This document shows positions 55,011 to 64,000 of a DNA stretch of 64,000 nucleotides, in pieces (the stretch's first letter is position 1; each line of letters opens with the position of its first letter). Source of the stretch: Bryobacterales bacterium (GTDB taxonomy: Bacteria > Acidobacteriota > Terriglobia > Bryobacterales > UBA6623). The notes beneath the pieces are model-generated. The model ran no database searches. It saw only the letters and a program-made list of their open reading frames with translations, and was not told where the DNA came from. The position numbers were made by a program, and so were the translations under genes. Where the stretch lies: the NCBI GenBank assembly GCA_963422375.2, contig OY729427.2, positions 1,216,001 through 1,280,000 of the forward strand, given 5' to 3'.

Positions 55011-56710
55011 CCCGCATTATTCACGAATGCGGCGCAGGCTCATGGGTCCAGTTTCCGGGCCCTCGATGGCCGCCAAATCTGCTTCCGAAACGCCTGCGGG
55101 CGGGGAATGCTGGGCTTGCGGGGCGTCTCGCGAGCGGCGTGCGGGCCGCGGACACCTCCTCGGCGGGACCCGCCCGGAGGGCAGGCACGGTTTCCCCCGG
55201 CGCCTGCCGACACTCTCCGGATGGACCCGGCCCGGCGTCATATCGGCACGGCCCCCAAGCCCCGCGCCACCACCACCCGGGCGTCCCGGAACGGTGCCAT
55301 CCGCGGCACTCGCAGCACGATCGGCTTCGGCAGGCCGAGGCGCAACCCGTCCACCCGGCGCTTCCGCAGCGGCGTGTCCCGTGCCTGCCAGCGCAGTTCC
55401 TGCATGATCACGCAGGCCGCCGCCGCGAGCGGCGCGCGGAACCGGTTCGCCGCGAAGCTCGAGCAGCTGGCGCGGTCCATCCGCATCCCGTGCTCGAGCT
55501 CCTTGACGCGGTTCTCCACGTCTCCCCGCAGGCAGTGGATCCGCTCGTAGAGGCGCTGCGGGCTGCCGCCCGCGTTGGTCACCACGTAGCGCGGGTGCCA
55601 CTGCGGGGCGCGCCCGGGAAACTCGCTCGCGTCCGCCTTGACGATCACCCGCCGCGCCCGCGACCGGCGGCCCGCCCGCTAGACGAACTGCCCGTGCAGC
55701 GGGCCCGGGTTCTTGCCCGCGGCCGCCGCTGCCCCGCCGGGGGCCGCGCGCCGCTCCGGCACCGCGTTCTTCTGCAGGCACGCCACGCACTCCAGGCCCT
55801 CGCGCTCGCCATAGGCCAGCAGCTCGTCCCCTTGGAAGCCCGCGTCCAGGCGCAGGCGCAGCGTCGCCCGCGGGAAGAATTCCCGCAGCAGCGGCAGCAA
55901 GCCCTGCGCCGCCGCGAGATGCCGCTCGCGCTCGTCGTCGAAGCGCACCGCGCCCACCAGCGGCAAGTAGCAATGCGTGTCGTGGAAGCGGTTGCACAGC
56001 GCCAGCTGCCGGCCCCCGTGCGGCGGCTCGCAGGTCGGGTCGAAGTCCAGCTCGACGATCCTCGTCTCAGGGCGCCGCTCGTGCCGGCGCCGCACGACGC
56101 AGCGGGCCGGCACCGCGGACAGCGCGCTCGGCGCGTCCGCGGTGCCGGCGTTCTCGAAGCGCGACAAGGTGGGCCGGGACGGCAGGTCGCGGCCCTGCCA
56201 GGGGTCGCGCCCGAGCGGCAGCTTGAACACGGGGCCGCCGCCGAGGCGCCCGGCGTCGTTGCAGTCCTCGCAGCCGCAGGCGAGGCCGTAGATGCGCTGG
56301 CGGAGCCTGTCGGCGAGGGGGTGCAGCGCCTCGGAGGGCTGGCGCCGGTCGCGCAGGCAGTCGGCGAACGCCGCGGTGAGTCCGGGAGCGCGGTCGGCGA
56401 TCACGACCGGGACAGCGCCGCCGTCGGAGCTGCTGCGCTCGTGATCGAAGCGGGCGGCGACGGGGCGACTTAGCGGATTGCGGAACGGAAGGCCTTGGGA
56501 GCCTGCGGCTGCGACCATGGATTCAATAGCACCTACCGGCTGAAAACAGTTGCAGTCAATTGACTTGGATCTCACCCGAACCGGGCCGGGGTTGCCGCCG
56601 GGGATCGCAGGGCACTCGTGGGAGCGAGAATCGCGCTGGACCGGAGGCCCTCACGGCCCGGGCGGAGGGACCGGACTATGGCCCTCCGGGCTACTCATGA
56701 ATTATCCGGG
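55011..56710 (-). mobile_element. IS1380-family element, degenerate
   Basis: TIR CCCGGATAATTCATG / CGTGAATAATGCGGG; CTAG on both sides; SSDGG, QRIYGLACG.EDCND, TLSRFEN, LDFD, RLDAGF, RGDVENRVKE. Confidence 0.9.
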
Positions 56711-56714
56711 CTAG

Positions 56715-58497
56715 CAGCCTGTCGGACTTAGGGCCCCGGCTGGTCTTGAATCCGCCCTGCGTGTCTTCCCAATCATCTAGGAGCCCGTGTAATTGGCGGG
56801 AAGTACGAGCATCGACTTCACGATTCTCTGACAGCTATCAGATAGATTCATGACGAAGTTCGTGCCTTGCGACCGCGAGCAGCCCTTCCTGCTGCCCGTC
56901 GACATGAGCGACTGGGTCCCCTCCGACGACCTCGCCCATTTCGTCATCGAGGCGGTCGACCATGTCGACCATGTCGACTTCCAGCGCTTCCGCGTCAACG
57001 AGCGCGGCACCGGCTCGGCGCAGTACGAGCCGCGCATGATGCTGGCCCTGCTGATCCACTGCTACGCCAGCGGCATCTTCTCCTCGCGCCGCATCGAGCG
57101 CGCCACCTACCGCGACATCGGCGTGCGCTTGGTGGCCGCCAACCTGCACCCCGACCACGACACCATCGCCAAGTTCCGGCGCGAGAACTTCGACGCCGTG
57201 GGCGAGTGCTTCCTGCAGGTGCTGCTGCTGGCGCGCGAAGTGAACGTGCTCAGTGAACGTGCTCAGTGAACGTGCTCAGTGAACGTGCTCAGTGAACGTG
57301 CTCAGTGAACGTGCTCAGTGAACGTGCTCAAGGTCGGCGCCGTCAGCGTCGACGGCACCAAGATGGACGGGTCGGCCAGCAAGCACCGCTCGGCAACTTA
57401 CGCCCGCGCCGGCGAGCTGATCGAGCAATTGCAGGGCGAGATCCGGGAGCTGCTGGCCCAGGCGGAAGACGCCGACGCGCTGGCGCCGGAAGACGCCGGG
57501 CGGCTGCCGCGGGAGATCGCGCGGCGGGAGGACCTCAAGCGCAAGCTGGAAGAGGCGCGCGAGCGCCTGGAGCGCCTGGAGCGCGAGGCGCGGCAGCGGG
57601 CGGAGGCCGGGCGGGCCGAGTACGAGCGCAAGGTGCAGGCGCGAGGCGCGCAAGGGGGCCGGGCGGGCGCCGAAGCCGCCGAGCGAGGAGCCGGACCCCA
57701 AGCGGCAGTCGCACCTGACAGACCCCGAGAGCGCGCTGATGCGCAAGAACGCGCAGGCGGAATTCCGGCAGGGATACAACGCGCAGGCGAGGGTGGACGC
57801 GGACGGCTCGCAGCTGATTCTCGGGCAGGGCGTGACGAGCAGCGCGCACGACAAGGGCGAGCTGGCGAACGGGGCGGAGTCGATTCCGGCGGAACTGGGC
57901 CGGCCGGCGGCGGTGCTGGCGGACAACGGGTACGCGAGCGAGGCCGAGGCGGCGAAGGTCGAGGCGACGGGGGTGGAAGCCTGCGTGGCGACGGGGGCGG
58001 AGGGCCGCCGGCGGCAGCGCGATTTCCGGCCGGAGACGGGCAAGGAGCCGCAGCCGCCGAAGAAGGACTGGCTGCGAGACATGGCGGGGAAGCTGGCGAG
58101 CGACGAGGGCCGGGACCTGTACAAGCTGCGCAAGCAGACGGTGGAGCCGGTGTTCGGGATCATCAAGTCGGTACCGGGGTTCCGCAGCTTCTCCCTGCGG
58201 GGGATCGAGAAGGTGCGAGGCGAGTGGAGTCTCGTCGCCCTGGCGTACAACTGCAAGCGGCTGCACGTCTTGCAACTGGCGCAAGCGGCCTGATCGCGCG
58301 TCTTTCGTCCCGCAACCGGCCGGACGGCCCCGGAAACGGCCCCGGAAAGCCCCTTGAGGCCCCGTACGGGCCTTCCGGCCCCGAAAACCCGCCCGGGAGG
58401 GAAACGCCGTATCCGCCCGAAATCGCCGCTTGGAGCGGATCCGACCCCGCCAGCAGGTTTTCCGGCGTTGTCTCAGGCCCCTAAGCCCGACAGACTG
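56715..58497 (+). mobile_element. IS1182-family element, degenerate
   Basis: TIR CAGCCTGTCGGACTTAGGG / CCCTAAGCCCGACAGACTG; CTAG flanks; SSRRIE, PDHDTI, VDGTK, TDPES, GYNAQ, ADNGY, RKQTVEPVFG. Confidence 0.9.
57239..57329 (+). repeat. 13-bp perfect tandem repeat x7 (AGTGAACGTGCTC) inside the IS1182 transposase
   Basis: Counted directly; no spacers. Confidence 0.95.
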
Positions 58498-58547
58498 CTA
58501 GGGCACCGGACGCCGCATGCAGTTTCGCGGCGAGCGGGACCGCCGTC

Positions 58548-58826
58548 TCAGGGGAAGAAGGCCAGCTTGACCAGCAGTGCGATGATCACTGGTCCGTAGG
58601 CGAACTTCACGAGCGCCATGTCACGGCCAAGGCGCGCCTCGAGATCCTTGAGGGCGAGTTCGAGCCGCTTGATCTCCGCCCCCAAGCGCACCTCGAGATC
58701 CGTCAGGTCAGCTTTCGTTGCTAGGTCTCCCGTGCCGGGGACGGCCAAGGCCGCCTCCCTGGCCAACTCCTCGTCCGCTCCCGCATTGACCAAGGCCCGG
58801 TAGACCTCCGCCACCATGACGCTCAT
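58548..58826 (-). CDS. Small coiled-coil membrane-anchored protein (DUF1640-like)
   Basis: EVYRALVNAGA..DLATKADL.., C-terminal TM; AGGAGG RBS. Confidence 0.7.
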   Translation of the reverse strand: MSVMVAEVYRALVNAGADEELAREAALAVPGTGDLATKADLTDLEVRLGAEIKRLELALKDLEARLGRDMALVKFAYGPVIIALLVKLAFFP

Positions 58827-60040
58827 TGCTGGTTGCCTTCCTCCTGGAATCCGGTCGCTTCATTCACGCCCGGAACGCCGGATCCCGCTCCGATCAGTAT
58901 CGCAGGCGCTGGAAGTCGCTGATGCCCATGAATCCTAGCACACGCGACCGTCAGGCCCTAGTTCGTCTCCGCACTGCGCGCCCGACCCGCGACCTGTCCA
59001 AGGCGACCCGAATCCGCTGAGGGAGGGGATCCCAGCGCGATGTACGCTTGGCCGGGGCCTACGGGCGGGCAGGGGGACCTCGGGTCCGCCGCTGCGGCCG
59101 TGCAGGGACCACGGAGTCCCGGAGGCCGACGCCGCGACTCGGCGCGGCGCGGCGCGCGGCGCAAGGCCACGCCGGCAGATCTCGTGCTCGACCGCTCGCC
59201 GGGCTGCTGGACCCGGCTCCGTCGGGGTACCCACGCTGCAGGTGCAGGTCCTTCAACTGCTCCACCCGTCCGGTCGTGCGTTGCGCCGCCTCGCGGATGC
59301 CGAAGCGGATGGCCGTCGGCCGTCTCTGTACGCCCGAGCGGAAGAGCGCTTGGAGACGCCCCGAAGCGCGTGGAGGCTTCCGAGAAGCGTTGGTGCATGA
59401 AGGCCGCCAGCAATCTGACAGGGGCGACCTGAACCGTGGCGACATCGATCCGGTCCGCGAATTCCGCGGCCCTCCTCATTGCTCGCGCCGTCCCTGTCTG
59501 CCCGGGCTGGCCGTGCCTGAGGCAGGGGTTGACTCGTCCGCACCCGTTGCCGACTCTGCAGGGCCGGGGGCGGGGCGCCAAGGACGAGCCTCCGTTGTGC
59601 GCCCGCACTCGGCAAGCCTGCGGAAGAGGAGGGACTCGCCTTTGGGAGACCCCCTGCCGACCGCGAGGGCATCCCGGTCGCCGCGAAGCATGACCCAGGC
59701 AGCCGTCGGCCGGGAGGGCCGTATCCGAGCGATGCGCCTTCCCGCCCCGCCGCGAAAGCCATCTTCTGACGCACTTCGCCCGCCGCCCATCTCCACGGGA
59801 CCAAGCCTTGGCACCCCGAGGAGGGCTCTGACATCAGTCAGCCTCTTCGCGTGGCCGGGGGCCGGCTCGCAAGAAGCTGTCGGGCTTGGGCGCGGGCGCG
59901 GGCGAAGCCTGCGACCGTCCACTCGGATAGCGAACGCCCGTTGGCCAACGATCCGGCCCGCTCGGCGGTGCAACGCCCCACCGCGTCGACGCACGTCACA
60001 CCCCCCCCCTCCCCACCCAGACCCAATCAGCCTAAGCAAC

Positions 60041-63000
60041 CCCGCGCCCCAGCCCGCGCCCTTCCAGCCCCAGCCCGTCGAGGTCGCCCTCGGCCAGCAC
60101 GGCGGCAAGCTCACCCTCATGACCAAGGAGGGCGGCGGCTTCACCCTCAACGGCGAGGACGTCGCCGACGGCGCCCCCGTCACCGGCGAGGAGAACGGCC
60201 TCGCCTACAAGCTCGCCCTGGCCGACGGCAAGTGGGCCGCCGAATACCAGGCCGCCTCCGCCTCCGTCATGCTCGGCCAGCTCGGCGGAACCCTCGCGCT
60301 CTCCCAGAACGAGGACAAGACCTGGTCCGCCGGCGGGGAGGCCCTGCCCGAGAACCTCACCGTCCCCGGCGACAACGGCCTCCACTACAAGCTCGCCCTG
60401 GGCGAGGACGGCGCATGGAGCGCCGAATACCAGGCCGCCTCCGCCTCCGTCATGCTCGGCCAGCTCGGCGGAACCCTCGCGCTCTCCCAGAACGTCGCCG
60501 TCGGCCTCGCCGGCAGCCTGCCGCTCTACCGCGCCGAGGACGGCTCCTGGTCCGCCTCGCCCGAGCCCGGCGGCGACCCCGTCGCCTCCGGCGACGCCTA
60601 CACCGCCGCCTTCCGCCCCGACACCGTCACAGTGAGCGGCGCCCCCCTCGCCGCCAGCACCCTCGAGGGCGGCAAGGGCTGGACCCTCTCCGACCCCGCC
60701 TCCGGCGCCTCCGCCGAGCTCGCCGCCTCCGGCGACGCCGGCGACGCCGACCTCCAGGGCAGCCTCTACCGCGTCCTCGCAACCGACGACGGCCTCCGGG
60801 CCGATCGCTACGACCTCCCGATCAAGGGCAGCCCGTTCGTGAAGGCCCTAAAACCAGCTGAGGGCGCTGCCGCGAAGCCCTCGCTCAGCGCCGACAATGC
60901 CGACACCCCCGCCGACGAGGGGGGCACCGAGCTGCTCGTCGGCGGCACCTCCTTCGACATCGGCCGGATGCTCGACGACGGCTCCGACACGCGCCCGCGC
61001 GACTCCGACCCGACCTTCGTCGAGGACGCCGTCAAGGACCTCGTCGCCATCCGCGGGGTCATGGAGGCGCTCGTCGAGAATCTCACCGGGGCCGACGACC
61101 GGACGAACCTGACGAACGCCCTCACCACCCAGTGGAACAAGGCCGACGATGTCATCAAGAGCGTCTTCGGCAAGAAAGGGCTCGTCGAACAAGGCGTGGC
61201 GGACACCACTCCGCGGCGCGCCGTCGGGGCCCTGCAGGACGTCATCGACGCCCTCTCCAGCGCCGCGGACGCCTAGCCTGCCACGGGAACCTCGAGACGC
61301 GCGAGGCGGTCGGCGTGTGGTCCGTCGGGGAGGCTAGCACCGTGGCGGACGCCGACAGCAGCTACATCTCCGACGGCTTCGGCGCGGCCTACGACCGCGC
61401 CGAAACCGTGGAAGTCGGCGACGTCTCCGGGGCTCCGGGGGCTTCACAACAACCAAGACCTCGGGGCGGGCGGGCCGCCCGAATGAGAACAACGGCGGCC
61501 TCACGTCGTCAAGCCTCCTCTACCAGTTCCCCTGGAAGGGCGGGATCAAGTTCGGCCCGGCGCTGGGCAACAAGAAGCTGAGGCTGACCTACGCACGGCG
61601 AAAGCTCGATGTGAGCTACATAGTGCTTGTGACAAAACCCCTGAATTCTGGCCTGACCAGCATTTCATACTACATCCTGATGTCGGATGGATCTCCAAAC
61701 ACAACATATAGGGCCCAAGGTCGGAAGTTGCTCAGCCGCCAATCGCGAAGATTTCCGCGCTCTACCCAGAATTGGCAGGACTTCGGACTAGTCGTAGCAT
61801 TCCAGTGAAATCTTCGCCTTGAGAGATTGGACCTAACGCCTTTGTTGTCAAGGGGATACGAGTTTTGTCACAGGCACTACATACAGAGCGGCGGCAGAAC
61901 CGCTACGACGCACGCTTCCTCGGACTACAAAACCGACCGGGACAAGCCGGCCAAGGTGGCGCACCAGCTCGCCCTCGAGACGCTGTTTGGCGAGGGCTAT
62001 CCCGCGGACACGGCCACGTTCTGGCCGGACATTACCTTCGGGCAGTCCCACTGCCACCAGTTCCGCGGCCAACTCCAGCCGGGGCTGGCGCGCGACAAGA
62101 TCGAGGCCGCCTACCAGAAGCCAAAGAACGTCGCCGCACTGCCGTCCACGGACGCCTGCGCCAAGGTCAAGGGCGAAACGCGCAGAAACGTCTGGGAGAG
62201 CGTCGGCACGGCCTTCGGGGAGCGCATCATCCCCCATAAGCACTTCGACGTCACGGACGACGGCGACACTCTCGAGAACGCCGTCTTCGGCGCCTACCCG
62301 GGCGACGACGAGGAAGCTCTGAAAATGATCGAGGCGCTGCTCGGCACCCTGCAGGACCCCGAGGATCTCGCGACGGCTCTGGAGACCGGTGCCGACGGCG
62401 GGTTCATCAGCAAGCGGCTGAAGACTGCCGCCACCTCCCCCAAGGACGGTGACAAGCTAGTCAGGCTAGGGTACCTGAGCCTGGACGCGTAGGCCATCGC
62501 CAACCGCGCCGAGATGGAGACGCTCGTCGAGACGGCCTCTACGGAACACACCCGCTTCGGCGCATGGCAGGCGAGGATCAACCCGTACGCCAAGTACAGG
62601 GATGGCGAGAACGGCTCGGGCTACCGATTCGAATACGATAGCAAGAACCGCTAGGACGTCTTCGCCTACAGCCCGCTGCCCCAGGCCGTCTACCGCAACA
62701 CGAAAGATGCGCGCTACCCGGGTGACGCGACCCTGTACTACTCCGGCGAGCCCCGGGCCGTGCTTCAGGGACTGTTCTACGTCGGCCAGGTCGAGGCCAC
62801 GGTGCGCTGGAAGTCCTCGAGTATCGACGACAGCGAGATGGACCTCGTGATCCGCGACCTGTCCCACGAAGACATCGGCAGGCTGCGGTACTTCGACGAG
62901 CGGGATGACCTCAATGACCGGGGCATGCGCAAGAGCAACAAGTCTGCCATGGAAGAGTCCGAAAAAAGCGGAAAGGAGATCGAGGGGATTATCTTCAGCG

Positions 63001-63398
63001 GGATCAAGCTCAGTACCAATGACAACCACAAGCTCGGGGTCACCCATCAGCGCACCGGATACCACCGCGGGACCCGGGTACAGAACGAGAACGACGCCCC
63101 CCGTTGGTTTGCCCTTGCGGACTACACGGCGGAAGAAAACGGTGACGACATGAATGTCCGGCTGTAGCTGGCGGGTCTGCAGGACCTCGTGGAACCCACC
63201 AACCACTACACACCTGAGGAGAATGAACCTGCCGGATCCCGGGTCAACGCGAAATTCGCAGGCAAGACGGAGGCCGGCCCGGTCGGGATTGTCGGCCGCT
63301 ACCAACTGTGGACCCACGATGCGCTCGCGAACGGGAACCTGATGGGGGTCAAGAATGGACTGGTCGGCAGTTTCAGCGCGGAGGTGCGACGACCCTAG
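60041..63398 (+). pseudogene. Silent paralog of the 49698-54209 lipoprotein
   Basis: No start codon or lipobox. The 5' part matches 49809-50262. Has deletions, TAG stops (61274, 62490, 62652, 63165) and a MITE, but retains TRFGAW, FAYSPLP and GSFSAE. Confidence 0.88.
61621..61879 (+). mobile_element. 259-bp MITE (TIR TAGTGC.TGTGACAAAAC)
   Basis: Inverted ends; removing it restores the frame DVSYIQSGG. Related copies at 35697-35752 and 63779-63942. Confidence 0.8.
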
Positions 63399-63425
63399 GG
63401 TGGATCATGATCCGCGAGCTTCTAG

Positions 63426-63778
63426 CCCGGATAATTCATGAGTAGCCCGGAGGGCCATAGTCCGGTCCCTCCGCCCGGGCCGTGAGGGCCCCCGGTCCAG
63501 CGCGATCCTCACTCCTAGGAGTGCCCTGCGCGACCGGCGGCAGCCCTCCGAGGCGCTCCACTCCCTCGCGGACATGCTCCGCCAGCGCGTCTACGGCCTC
63601 GCCTGCGGCTGCGAGGACTGCCACGACGCCGGGCGCCTCGGCGGCGACCCCGTGTTCAAGCTGCCGCTCGGGCGCGACCCCTGGCAGGGTCGCGACCTGC
63701 CGTCCCGGCCCGCCCTGTCGCGCTTCGAGAACGCCGTCACCGCGGACGCGCCGAGCGCGCTGTCCGCGGTACCGGCCC
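63426..63778 (+). mobile_element. IS1380 remnant (left end plus internal piece)
   Basis: CTAG|CCCGGATAATTCATG; QRVYGLACGCEDCHD..SRFEN. Confidence 0.85.
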
Positions 63779-63942
63779 GACAAAACCCCTGAATTCCGGC
63801 CCGATCAGCATTTCATGCTACACTCTACCCGGAATTGACACGATTTCGCGCTAGCCGTAGCGTTCCAGCGAAATCTTCGCCTTGGGAGATTGGCCCTAAC
63901 GCCTTTGCTGTCAAGGGGATGCGAGTCCTGTCGCAGTCACTA
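63779..63942 (+). mobile_element. Deleted copy of the 61621-61879 MITE
   Basis: GACAAAACCCCTGAATTC and GAAATCTTCGCCTT..GTCAAGGGGAT blocks are shared. Confidence 0.7.
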
Positions 63943-64000
63943 TCCGGACAGTTCCCTGGGCTAGAGCCGCCAGTCGCGAGGACCCAGCGCGTTAGGGACG

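Noticed and set aside
57239..57329. Possible CRISPR array
   Set aside because: 13-bp head-to-tail units with no spacers and no cas genes; it is a minisatellite.
58900..59500. Possible transposase or helicase fragment (..VEQLKDLHLQRGYP..)
   Set aside because: Could not be assigned to any family from sequence alone.
59048..60040. N-terminal 330 aa of the 742-aa ORF
   Set aside because: Low-complexity read-through with no signal peptide; homology to the lipoprotein starts only at 60041.
15181..63167. TAG recoding (stop-codon reassignment or pyrrolysine)
   Set aside because: Intact genes (e.g. rpmF, patatin, lipoprotein) end in TAG, and the TAG-interrupted genes also carry frameshifts or truncations.

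Overview
GC-rich bacterial chromosome segment. The yceD-rpmF-plsX order and gene style suggest Acidobacteriota, possibly a host-associated lineage; this is inference only. Short housekeeping blocks (enolase-family dehydratase, yceD-rpmF-plsX, hemerythrin, MFS, tRNA-Leu; lipA, aquaporin, patatin, secreted protein; amidohydrolase, AAA-nuclease) alternate with dense accumulations of decaying mobile DNA: five copies of one IS1595, a second IS1595 type, ISNCY, ISAs1-DUF4338, IS1380, IS1182, IS5 and IS30 remnants, two MITE types and a group II intron. The clearest hidden structure lies downstream of tRNA-Leu, where the terminal inverted repeat (TIR) of one IS1595 copy is split twice. One insertion is a group II intron (8564-10548). 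The other is a 14.3-kb composite transposon (10556-24891) bounded by two inverted IS1595 copies and flanked by an 8-bp ATATAATT duplication. Its cargo is defence-type: an intact MmeI-like type IIL R-M enzyme, an ImmA/IrrE-peptidase-UvrD-nuclease fusion, Schlafen and HigBA remnants, and fused integrases. The right part encodes a 1503-aa repeat-rich, TbpB-like two-barrel surface lipoprotein, followed 10 kb later by a silent paralog with an identical 5' part and a divergent 3' part. The decaying elements share a recurrent context-specific mutation pattern (CTGG>CCGG, CTAC>CTGC). No CRISPR array or rRNA was seen.
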